This document shows, piece by piece, positions 13,085-25,189 of a stretch of 64,000 bases of DNA. Both the position numbers and the translations under genes were made by a program. Origin of the DNA: Octopus sinensis (taxonomy: Eukaryota); NCBI RefSeq assembly GCF_006345805.1, contig NC_043025.1, positions 6,882,001 to 6,946,000 on the forward strand. The letters are read 5' to 3'. The notes under the pieces are model-generated. The model searched no databases and was not told the origin of the DNA. It worked only from the letters and a program-made list of their open reading frames with translations. The stretch's first letter is position 1. The number at the start of each line of letters is the position of its first letter.

Positions 13085-13545
13085 GATGCAACACTGTTAG
13101 ATGCACAAAAGTGCAAATCGATGCAACACTTTTACATGTGCAAAAGTGCATGTTGATGCAACACTGTTAGATCACAAAGGTGCACATTGATGCAACACTG
13201 TTAGATGTACAAAAGTGCAGATCGACGCAACACTTTTACATGCACAAAAGTGCATGTTGATGCAACACTGTTAGATGTACAAAAGTGCATATTGATGCAA
13301 CACTGTTAGATGCACAAAAGTGCAGATCGATGCAACAATTTTACATGTGCAAAAGTACATATTGATGCAACACTGTTATATGCACAAAAGTGCACATTGC
13401 TGCAATAGTTAGATGCACAAAGGTGCATGTTGATGCAACACTGTTAGATGCACAAAGTGTAGATCGATGCAACACTTTTACGTGCGCAAAAGTGCATATT
13501 GATGCAACACCGTTAGATTACAAAAGTGCAGATTGATGCAACAAA
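13085..13545. repeat. 35-bp minisatellite, about 13 copies, two variant types
   Basis: gatgcaacac(tgttagatg/ttttacatg)cacaaaagtgca... Confidence 0.95.
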
Positions 13546-13636
13546 TTTTGTTTTCTTTGTAACATATGCACAAATGATAAGCTGGGGAAATAACTCGTTA
13601 TTTTGTTGAAATATGAATTAGAAAATAAATTCATTA

Positions 13637-14040
13637 CTCTTTTACTTGTTTCAGTCATTTGACTGCGGCCACGCTGGAGCACCGCGTTTAGTCGAGCAAA
13701 TTCGACCCCGGGACTTATTCTTTGTAAGCCCAGTACTTATTCTATCTATCGGTCTCTTTTGCCAAACCGCTAAGAGACGGGGACATAAACACACCAGCAT
13801 CGGTTGTGAAGCAATGCTAGGGGGACAAACACAGACACACAAACACACACATACACATATATATATATGCATATATATGACGGGCTTCTTTCAGTTTCCG
13901 TCTACCAAATCCACTCTCAAGGCTTTGGTCAGCCTGAGGCTATAGTAGAAGACACTTGCCCAAGGTGCCACGCAGTGGGACTGAACCCGGAACCATGTGG
14001 TTGGTAAACAAGCTACTTACCACACAGCCACTCCTGCGCC
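13637..14040 (-). mobile_element. tRNA-derived SINE family A, full length
   Basis: Reverse complement: ggcgcaggagTGGCTGTGTGG...GGTTCAGTCCC...ccttgggcaagtgtctt...(TA)n linker...gtcaaatgactgaaacaagtaaaagag. Confidence 0.85.
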
Positions 14041-14112
14041 TTAGATTAGATTAAGCTCTATTTTATTTTTGTGTGCTTACTGGTTGTGCATTGCCCCTCC
14101 AATTGTTTCCAA

Positions 14113-14530
14113 TAAATCATGCATTATCTTATACTGTAGCTTTGAGATGTCTATGTGATTGTTTATTTTGAGAATGACATTGTAGGGTAGGTGTGAGAGG
14201 CAGGATCTGGCCTTGTTTTGAATCAATCATGCATTATTCATAGCTTTGAGATGTCTATGTGATTGTTTATTTTGAGAATGACATTGTAGGGTAGGAGTGA
14301 GAGGATGGATCTGGCCTTGTTTTGAATTAATCCCGCATTATCTCATAGCTTTGAGATTTCTATGATGTGATTGTTTATTTTGGGAATGACATTGTAGGGT
14401 AGGTGTGAGAGGATGGATCTGGCCTTGTTTTGAATTAATCATGCATTATCTAATAGCTTTGAGATGTCCATGATGTGATTGTTTATTTTTAGGACATTGT
14501 AGGGTAGGTGTGAGAGGATGGATCTAGCCA
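14113..14530. repeat. ~108-bp tandem repeat, 4 copies
   Basis: aatcatgcattat...agctttgagatgtctatgtgattgtttattttgagaatgacattgtagggtaggtgtgagagg...gatctggcc; a fifth decayed copy lies at ~14900-14985. Confidence 0.9.
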
Positions 14531-15129
14531 GATGATAATTAAAAGAGATAGAATATGGCGGCCAATTATGACGAGTTTAAAAGCTAAAATGTCAACATTT
14601 AGCAGTCAGATTCCTCTGTCAAATGTCATGCTTTTTTATTCAAATTCTTTTGAAATAATTATTCATTATCTGGTTTTAAGGTGACGCGCTGGAAGAAACG
14701 TTGGCACACCGGGCGAAATGGTGAGCGGCATTTCATCTATCTATGTTCTGAGTTAAAATTCTGAGATCAACTTTGCCTTTCATCCTTTCAGGGTCGATAA
14801 ATTAAGTACCAGTTGCATACTGGGGTCAATCTAATCGACTGCCCCCACCAATCTCCCCCAATATTTTGGGCCTTATACCGAGAATAGGAAAGATCATATT
14901 TTTGCTTTGAGATTTTGATGACATGATTGCGTATTTTTAGAATGACATTTCCGGGTAGGTGTGAGAGGCTGGATCTGGCCAGTTTGAAAGCAAAACAAGT
15001 AGAATCTTTTGGCTGGATATCACCAGTTTAACCCTCCACCTGTTTCACTCCCATACAAATGGTGGTTGTGGTAAGGGTAGGGAAAGAACCCTGCCAGGTT
15101 AAAATTAGTCGTGAGAGATGAAGACTATT

Positions 15130-15595
15130 ATAAAGGATAAATGATGACGATGATGATGATGGTGGTGATGAAGGTGGTGGTGATGACAATTATGATGATG
15201 ATGATGGAGGCAATGGAAATGGTGGTGGTGGTTTGTGGTGGATTGGCAAGAGTGATATGATGATGATGCTGCTCGTGGTAACCATTATAATGATGCTGAT
15301 GCTGATAGTGATGATAATCATGATGATGATGAGGATAATAACAATGAGGATGGTGGTGGTGGTGGTGGTGGTAGTGATGGTGATGGTTCTAATTATACTG
15401 ATTGTCACGGTCCTGATGCTCCTGACGATGATGAGGATGCTGGTGGTGGCGATGACGATGATGATGACGATAGTGATGTAAGAGCAATAACAGAATTCGT
15501 AACTGTCCGTCATTGTTGGCACAACAACACCCGCTGTCTACATGCGTGCATGTGTATATGTCTGTGTATGTGTGTGCATGCATGTGTGTGCATAT

Positions 15596-15640
<45 letters not shown>

Positions 15641-15759
15641 TATATATACATAGTGTGTGTATATGCATGTATCTTTATGTGCGCATGTACATGTGTATGT
15701 GTGTATGTGCATGTGTGTGTATGCATATGCATGTATCTCTATGTGCAAGTGTATATGTA

Positions 15760-15810
<51 letters not shown>

Positions 15811-16127
15811 TGTGTGTATGTGCATATGTATGTATCTGTGTATGTGCATGTTGTACATGTGTGTGTATTGATACATATGTATGTATGTGTATATACATGT
15901 GTGAAAGTATGTGTGTGTGTATATATGTATATGTACATAAGCATCTATACAAGTGTACATACATGTATGTATGAATATGTGTGTGTATATATATGACGTA
16001 TATACATGTGTGTATGTATATATACATATGTATGAAAGTATGCATGTGTGTGTGTATATGTACATACATATCTATATAAGTGTATAACACGTGTGTGTAT
16101 GTATGAATATGTGTGTGTGTATATGAC

Positions 16128-16183
<56 letters not shown>

Positions 16184-16908
16184 GTGTGAATGTATACATA
16201 CATATGTATGAACATGTGTGTGTGTGTGTGTGTGTGTGTAAGTGCATGTCTACTCGCTACAGCTTATTGCATCACTGATGACCATGGTGATGATGATGAT
16301 GATGATGACTATAACAACGGGGTGGGAGGGAAGGCTAACGAGGGCGAGGATTAAGCCGATACCAATAACGACAATGACTATGATGATGATGATGATGATG
16401 ATGGTGGTGGTGTCGGCCTTTGCAATAACGATAGTCGGTGGCGCGGATGGGGGAAGGCAATGACAACGAAAATAACAACCACGATTGCAATGATAGTGAT
16501 GACAAGCGTGGTGGTGATGGTGGTGGTGATGGTGGTGGTGATGTGGTGGTGGTGGTGGTGATGGTGGTGGTTGGTGATGGTGGTGGTGGTGATGGTGGTG
16601 GTGGTGATGGTGGTGGTGGTGGCGATGATGACCCTGAGGATGGGTATGATGATGGTGATGGCGTTGAAGGAGGCGGCGGCAGGCCAGGCTCCATTTACTA
16701 AATTAGATGAGAGTGATTACCTCTAATCCTTTAACAATCATACAATGCCGTGCGCTGTCTTCTTCCTTCCTTTTGTCAGGAGGTGGCGCGGTGGGGAGCA
16801 GGGTGGATGTGTGCATGCGTGTGTTGGTAGCCTGTGTTTGTACACACACACACACACAGATATACACACAAACATACACATACACGCACATATATATATG
16901 TATATATA

Positions 16909-16951
<43 letters not shown>

Positions 16952-17081
16952 ATATGTATATATATATGTATATATATATATAATATGTTATATATATATG
17001 TATGTATATATATCATCATCATATATATATATATATATATGTATATATATGTATGTATATATATATGTATGTATGTATATG

Positions 17082-17113
<32 letters not shown>

Positions 17114-17551
17114 TATGTACATATATATATATATATATATATGTATGTATATATAACAAATACATATATACACAATAGACTTATGTACATATCAGTACAG
17201 CTATCTATCTACCTATACACACACATACAAACAGACATGCATACACACCAATATATGTACATATGTGTGTATGTATGTATATATATATATATGTGTGTGT
17301 GTGCATGTGTGTGCGCACACATATACATACATACATACAGAGGAACCATCACACACTAGTAAATGCATGTATTTGTGTAAATATAGTCAAACAGTCTTAC
17401 ATGCATATAGTGGTGTGTGTGTGTGTGTGTGTGTATAAATAAATGTATATATATATATATATATAGACACATACACTGCTGTGTGATTATATACATGTAT
17501 ATACAGAGCAATGTATGTGTGTGTGTATGTACACACACACACAACCACATG

Positions 17552-17615
<64 letters not shown>

Positions 17616-17760
17616 CTGCTGTCTTCACCAGAAGTTCTGACATTCACATTGGCTGGTCATCTTTCAATTGGTCATCTCTCTATATATACATTTCTGCTGA
17701 AATACCACCACCACCACCACCACCATCACAATCACAATCACCACCATCATCAACTCCAAC
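15130..17760. repeat. Compound (GAT)/(GGT)/(TA)/(TG) microsatellite block
   Basis: Directly visible. Confidence 0.9.
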
Positions 17761-17973
17761 AATAAGCAACCAAGAGGGAACATTTATATGGCTAGAAATA
17801 ACAACCAAATCTCCCACCCTTCAAACCACACGACGTTCCTCTTTTAAAGACAGGATGGTCACAGCTGGATTGTTTTGTTTTTTTCTCGCAGCTCTACTGG
17901 ACCAAGGCTATCCCGAGACTAATAAACAATGATCTCATTGGTGTTCTTCTTGTTGTTTAGCCCTAGGTCAAAT

Positions 17974-18936
17974 ATATTTCTTTACTACCCACAAGGGGCT
18001 AAACACAGAGGGGACAAATAAGGACAGACAAACGTATTAAGTTGATTACGTCGACCCCAGTGCATAACTGGTACTTATTTAATCGACTCTGAAAGGATGA
18101 AAGGCAAAATCGACCTTGGTGGAGTTTGAACTCAGAACCTAACAGCAGATGAAATACCTATTTCTTTACTACCTACAAGGGGCTAAACACAGAGAGGACA
18201 AACAAGGACAGACAAACGTATTAAGTCGATTACATCGACCCCAGTGCGTAACTGGTACTAAATTTATTGACCCCGAAAGGATGAAAGGCAAAATTGACCT
18301 TGGCGCAATTTGAACTCAGAACGTAACGGCAGACGAAATATCTATTTCTTTATTACCCACAAGGGGCTAAACACAGAGGGGACAAACAAGGACAGACAAA
18401 CGTATTAAGTCGATTACATCGACCCCAGTGTGTAACTGGTACTAAATTTGACCCCGAAAGGATGAAAGGCAAAATCAACCTCAGCGGAATTTGAACTCAG
18501 AACGTAACAGCAGACGAAATACCTATTTCTTTATTACCCACAAGGGGCAAAACACAGAGGGGACAAACAAGGACAGACACATGGATTAAGTCGATTACAT
18601 TGACCCCAGTGCGTAACTTGTACTAAATTTATTGACCCCGAAAGGATGAAAGGCAAAATCGACCGTGGCTGAATTTGAACTCAGAACGTAACGGTAGACG
18701 AAATATCTATTTCTTTATTACCCACAAGGGGCTAAACACAGAGGAGACAAACAAGGACAGACAAACGTATTAAGTCGATTACATTGACCCCAGTGCGTAA
18801 CTGGTACTAAATTTATCGACCCCGAAAGGATGAAAGGCAAAATCGACCTCGACGGAGTTTGAACTCAGAATGTAACGGCAGATGAAATACGGCTACGCAT
18901 TTCGCCCAGCGTGCTAACGGTTATGCCAGCTCGCCG
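17974..18936 (-). mobile_element. SINE family B multimer: head plus 5 units, with 13-bp TSD
   Basis: Five ~183-bp units, with the head at ~18890-18936. The direct repeat ccctaggtcaaat lies at 17961-17973 and 18937-18949. Confidence 0.85.
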
Positions 18937-18979
18937 CCCTAGGTCAAATGGTCTGTTCTATATTATTTAATGCGTCCTT

Positions 18980-19995
18980 GATGATATGTGGCCCTTCATA
19001 AGACCCGTCGAGCCAAATAAAATTGTAGTCGTGACTGATGCCAGTGTCGCATAACTGACACGTAAAAAGCACCCTTTGAACATTGGGGGATATGCCATGC
19101 TTGAGAAGACCCCATCAAGCCAAATGAAATCACGGTCGTGGTCAATGCTAGTGTTGTTTAACTGGCACCCATGCAGGTGGCACGCAAAAAGCACCGTTTG
19201 GACGTTAGGCCTCACAGAGGCAGTAACAAATGACCGAGGCCTTTGGCAATATGGTGTGCTTGAGAAGAAGGCCCTTCAAGCCAAATGAAATCACATGAAA
19301 TTACGGGGTCAATGGCAGTGTTGTTTAACTGGCATCCATACCAGTGGCACGTAAAAAGCACCGTTTGGACGTTGGGCCTCACAGAGGCAGTAACAAATGA
19401 CCGAGGCCTTTGGCAATATGGTGTGCTTGAGAAGAAGGCCCTTCAAGCCAAATGAAATCACATGAAATTACGGGGTCAATGGCAGTGTTGTTTAACTGGC
19501 ATCCATACCAGTGGCACGTAAAAAGCACCGTTTGGACGTTGGGCCTCACAGAGGCAGTAACAAATTATCGAGTCCTTTGGCAATATGGTGAGCTTCAGAA
19601 GAAGACCCCCATCAAGCCAAGTGAAATTGTAGTCATGACTGATGCCAGTGCCACAAAACTGACACCCCATACTGGTGGCACGTAAAAGACACCGTTTGGT
19701 CATTGGGCCTCATGGAGGCAATGACAAGTGCTTCTGGGGATATGCTGTACTGGAGACGATCTGTCAAGACAAGTGAGATCATAGTCTGGCCAATGGTGGT
19801 GTTGCATAACTAGCACCCATGCAGGTGGCATGTAAAAAAGCACCTACTGCACACTGTAAAATGGCTGACATCAGAAAGTGCATCCAGCCGTAGAAACCAC
19901 GCCGGGTTAGATTGGGACCTGGTACAGCTCCCCAGCTTACAAGTTTGTAGTCAGACCGTCCAACCCATGCCATTAAGGGAAATGTACATTAAATG
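18980..19995 (+). mobile_element. Related retroposon with ~178-bp internal tandem units
   Basis: Three to four repeats containing tggcacgtaaaaagcaccgtttggacg, then the same family of 3' tail and (GAT)n. Confidence 0.65.
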
Positions 19996-20390
19996 ATGAT
20001 GATGATGACGATGATGAAGATGATGATGATGATGATGACAAAGATGATGAAGATGATGATGAGGATGATGACGACGATGATGACGAAGATGATGAAGATG
20101 ATGACGATGATGATGATAATGATGACGATGATGATGATGACGACGATGATGATATAGATGATGATGATGATGACAATGACGATGACGACGACGATGAATG
20201 ATGATGATGATGATGAAGATGATGATGATGATGATGGTTATGATGATGACGAAGATGATGATGATGATGATGACGATGATGAAGATGATGATGAAGATGA
20301 CGATGATGAAGATGATGATGAAGATGACGAAGATGAAGATGATGATGATGAGGATGATGACGAAGATGAAGATGATGAGGAGGAGGATTT
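19993..20390. repeat. ~400-bp (GAT/GAC/GAA)n mosaic
   Basis: Expanded from the (GAT)n tail of the upstream retroposon; the Asp frame is broken near 20195. Confidence 0.9.
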
Positions 20391-20628
20391 CGTCTAAGGT
20401 GGAAAGCTACCACAATCATTTGCACACCAGTGGAATTTCATCTGTTTTTGTGTTCCGAGTTCAAATTCCACTGGGGTCGACTTTGCCTTTCTTTCTTTCA
20501 GGTGAGGGGGGGGTCAATAAAATAAATACCAGTTGGGCCTTGTGTTGAAATTTGAAACTAACGTGGCCTTCCTTGTTTGAATAGATGTAGTGGAAATGGA
20601 GGAACTGGTTCAATTCCACTCATTTATT

Positions 20629-21285
20629 ACTCTTTTACTTGTTTCAGTCATTTGACTGTGGCCATGCTGGAGCACCGCCTTTAGTCGAGCAAATCGACCC
20701 CGGGACTTATTCTTTGTAAGCCTAGTACTTATTCTATCGGTCTCTTTTGCCGAACCGCTAAGTAACGGGGACGTAAACACACCAGCATCGGTTGTCATGC
20801 AATGCTAGGGGGACTAACGCACACACACACACACAAACATATACACACACACACACATGCATATATAGATAGATAGATAGATAGATAGATAGGCGCAGGA
20901 GTGGCTGTGTGGTAAGTAGCTTGCTAACCAACCACATGGTTCCGGGTTCAGTCCCACTGCGTGGCATCTTGGGCAAGTGTCTTCTGCTATAACCCCGGGC
21001 CGACCAATGCCTTGTGAGTGGATTTGGTAGACAGAAACTGAAAGAAGCCCGTCGTATATATATATATCTATGTGTGTATATGTTTGTGTGTCTGTGTTTG
21101 TCCCCCTAGCATTGCTTGACAACCGATGCTGGTGTGTTTACGTCCCCGTCACTTAGCGGTTCGGCAAAAGAGACCGATAGAATAAGTACTGGGCTTACAA
21201 AGGATAAGTCACGGGGTCGATTTGGTCGACTAAAGGCGGTGCTCCAGCATGGCCGCAGTCAAATGACTGAAACAAGTAAAAGAGT
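20629..21285. mobile_element. Inverted SINE A pair (minus 3' half 20629-20815; plus full copy 20892-21285)
   Basis: 20629-20815 is the reverse complement of ~21100-21285. Confidence 0.85.
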
Positions 21286-21699
21286 ATACATGCTAATTTG
21301 TGGACGTGCATAAATTACATTCACGTACACACGCACACAAACACATCCTGCCTTTTATATATACAGATGATGGTGATAGCAAGGACGGTGACAGTGATTC
21401 TGGGAGTGGTAGCGGTGGTGGTAATGATGAGGATGACAAGTAGCATTAATAGTGATGACAGCAATAATGATGTTGTAGGTTGGGGTGGTGACAGTAGTGA
21501 TGGTGATGACAACGATGCTACCCACCCACACCACCGTGGCATTAATAGTGACGATGGTGATGATGAAACAATTGTAGTGATGTTGGTGATGATGATGATG
21601 ATGATGATGATGCTAAGTGGCTTTAATAGTGGCAATGGCAATGATGATGATGGTGGTGATGGCAGTGGTGGTAGTAGTGACGACGATGGTGATGATATG

Positions 21700-23036
21700 G
21701 TGGTGAGCTGGCAGAGACGCTAGCACGCCGGGCGAAATGCTTACCGGTATTTCGTCTGCCGTTACGTTGTGAGTTCAAATTCCACCGAGGTCAACTTTGC
21801 CTTTCATCCTTTCGGGGTCGATAAATTAAGTACCAGTTACGCACTGGGGTCGATGTAATCGACTTAATACCTATGTCTGGTCCTTGTTTGTCCCCTCTGT
21901 GTTTAGCCCCTTGTGGGTATAAAAAAGAAATAGGTGGTATTCGTCTCTGCCGTTACGTTGTGAGTTCAAATTCCGCCGAGGTCGACTTTGCCTTTATCTT
22001 TCGGGGTCGATAAATTAAGTACCAGTTACGCACTGGGGTCGAGGTAATCGACTTAATACCTATGTCTGCTTGTTTGTCCCCTCTGTGTTTAGCCCCTTGT
22101 GGGTAATAAAGAAATAGGTATTTCGTCTGCCGTTACGTTGTGAGAGTTCAAATTCCGCCGAGGTCGACTTTGCCGTTCATCCTTTCGGGGTCAATAAATT
22201 AAGTACCAGTTACGCACTGGAGTCGATGTAATCGACTTAATACCTATGTCTGTCCTTGTTTGTCCCCTCTGTGTTTAGCCCTGTGGGTAATAAAGAAATA
22301 GGTATTTCATCTGTCATTACGTTCTGAGTTCAAATTCCGCCGAGGTCGACTTTGCCGTTCATCCTTTCGGGGTCAATAAATTAAGTACCAGTTACGCACT
22401 GGAGTCGATTGTAATAGACTTAATACCTATGTCTGTCCTTGTTTGTCCCCTCTGTGTTTAGCCCCTTGTGGGTAATATAAAGAATAGGTATTTCATCTGT
22501 CATTACGTTCTGAGTTCAAATTCGCCGAGGTCGACTTTGCCGTTCATCCTTTCGGGGTCAATAAATTAAGTACCAGTTACGCACTGGAGTCGATGTAATA
22601 GACTTAATACCTATGTCTGTCCTGTTTGTCCCCTCGTGTTAGCCCCTTGGGGTAATAAAGAAATAGGTATTTCGTCTGCCGTTACGTTGTGAGTTCAAAT
22701 TCCGCCGGAGGTCGACTTTGCCTTTCATCCTTTCGGGGTCGATAAATTAAGTACCAGTTACGCACTGGGGTCGATGTAATCGACTTAATACCTATGTCTG
22801 GCCTTGTTTGTCCCCTCTGTGTTTAGCCCCTTGTGGGTAATAAAGAAATAGGTATTTCATCTGTCATTACGTTCTGAGTTCAAATTCCGCCGAGGTCGAC
22901 TTTGCCGTTCATCCTTTCGGGGTCAATAAATTAAGTACCAGTTACGCACTGGAGTCGATGTAATAGACTTAATACCTATGTCTGTCCTTGTTTGTCCCCT
23001 CTGTGTTTAGCCCCTTGTGGGTAATAAAGAAATAGG
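21700..23036 (+). mobile_element. SINE family B multimer: head plus about 7 units
   Basis: Head ggtgagctggcagagacgctagcacgccgggcg; repeated gtatttc(g/a)tctg...aaagaaatag units with many 1-2 bp indels. Confidence 0.85.
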
Positions 23037-23039
23037 TGA

Positions 23040-23259
23040 TGATACCTGTGGCATTAAATGCGATATTGATGATGATGTGGCTAAGGGGCATTTATAGTGA
23101 TGATGGTAAAAATGTTGCTGATTGCAAAGATAGTGATGGTGGTGGCAGTAGTAGTAGTAGTAGTAGTAGTAATGCTGCCAGATGATGATGATGATGGTGA
23201 GAGAGTTGTGATAATGATGAAGGCAACAGCTGCTTTATCTCTTAACCCTAAATGTAGGC

Positions 23260-23293
<34 letters not shown>

Positions 23294-23495
23294 ATATATA
23301 TATATATATATGTACATACATATATATATATACACAAACACACGTGTGTATGTGTATATATGTGTGCATATATATATATACACACACACATACATGTATG
23401 TATATATGTGTGTATGTATGTATGTATATATATATATACATATATACACACGCACGTGTATATATGTGTATATATATATGTGTATATATATGTGC

Positions 23496-23526
<31 letters not shown>

Positions 23527-24900
23527 TACATGTATGTATATATGTGTGTGTGTATGTTAGAGAGAATGTGTGTGAATGCGAGAGAATGTGTGTGTGTGTG
23601 TACATGTATGTGTGTGTGTGTGTGTGCGAAGGTTCCCAGGTTAAAGTATGGAGTCACCCCCCTCCAACCACCACCACCCAACCCAACCCAACCCAGTATG
23701 CAGGCAAATTCTAAAAATAAACCTCCTGAATTCATGGAAAAAAAGGGAAAGACTTTGAGCGGCGGCGGCGGCGGGGGGGATGGTCGGGGGGGGGTCGGAG
23801 GTGGGGGGGGGTATTAGACGGCAAGGGGGGGGGGTGGGAGTGGGGGGGGGGTCGAGGCAAAAAAAGGAAAAAGGAAACCCAGAGAAAAATGAGAACAGGA
23901 AGTTGTTGTTGTTGTTGTTGTTGCTGCTGCTGTTGTTGGCGTGGTTACTATTGTTGTTATGCTGTTTAGGTCGTGGCTGCTGTTGTTGTTGTTGTTGCTG
24001 GTGGAGGTGGTTTTGTTGTTGTTGTTGTTGTTACTTCTGCATCTGTTGTTGTCATTGCCATTTCAGCCGTTGTCGTCGTCGTTGTTGTTGTTAGTGCTTA
24101 TGTCGATGCTGTTGCAAAACAGCTTGCCTCATCTTAATATTCTTGTTGCTGTTGTTGTTGCAGGGATGCTGGGAGTGGGGGGGGGGGGCGGAGGTGATGT
24201 TGCAGTTGTCAGTGCCACAGAAGCAGCGGTAATGGTAGTGGTAGTGGTGGTGGTGGTGCAATGGTGGTGTGGAGTGGTGGTGGTGGGAGTGGTGGTGGGG
24301 TAGTGGTGGTGGTGGTGTGATGGTAGTGTGTTGGGTTTGCAGTGGTGGCAGTGGTGGTGGCAGTGGTGGTGGTGGCATGGTGGTGGTTGGCAGTGGTGGT
24401 GGTGGTGGCAGTGTGGTGGTGGTAGTGGTGGGGTTGGCAGTGGTGGTGTTGGTGGTGGCGTGGTGGTGGTGGTGCAGTGGTGGTGGTGGTGGTGGTGGTG
24501 TGGTGGCAGTGGTGGTGGTGGTGGCAGTGATGGTGGTGGTGGTAGTGGTGGTGGTGGTAGTGGTGGTGGTGGTGGTAGTGGTGGTGGTGGCAGTGGTGGC
24601 AGTGGTGGTGGTGGCAGTGGTGGTGGTGGCAGTGGTGGTGGTGGTGGCAGTGGTGGTGGTGGTGGCAGTGGTGGTGGTGGTAGTGGTGGTGGTGGTGGTA
24701 GTGGTGGTGGTGGCAGTGGTGGTGGTGGTGGTGGCGGTGGTGGTGGTGGTGGTGATGATAGTGGTGGTGCTGGCAGTGTTGTTACTGGTGGAGATGGCAG
24801 TAGTAGTAGTAGTGGTGGTGGTGGTGGTGGTGAGAATAGTATGGGAGCTGCTTTGTGCTAGTAGTGTAATTGTTGTTGTTGTTGCTGGTAAAGGCAGTGG
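23040..24900. repeat. Compound microsatellites including G-run cluster, (GTT)n and a long (GGT/GGC/AGT)n tract
   Basis: Directly visible. Confidence 0.9.
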
Positions 24901-25189
24901 TGGTGGTCATCGTCATGGTGATGGCTGCAGGGGGGTGGGGCGGGGTGTTGCAGTTATATCGAGAGGAAACCAAACACCAAAACATTTGACACCTCATCAA
25001 CAAAAGAGTGCACTTATGCCCTTCCCCCCCCCATCCTACCAACCACTGCAACCCACACCACCCCACCCCACCGACACACACATCACTTACCCATCGACAC
25101 CGCGACCACCACCACCGACAGCGCTGCCGCCACCATCGCCGCGACTAGTACCACACTAGCACCTTGAGCTAACAAGGGAGACCTCCCAC

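Noticed and set aside
13085-13545. CRISPR-like appearance of ~35-bp repeats
   Set aside because: The units are contiguous with no unique spacers, there are no cas genes, and the context is eukaryotic.
19993-20390. Poly-Asp/Glu acidic ORF
   Set aside because: It continues directly from a retroposon (GAT)n tail and the frame is broken near 20195.
24269-25159. 296-aa and 177-aa ORFs (poly-Val, and Gly/Ser linker-like)
   Set aside because: (GGT/GGC/AGT)n microsatellite with no splice signals or non-repetitive domain.
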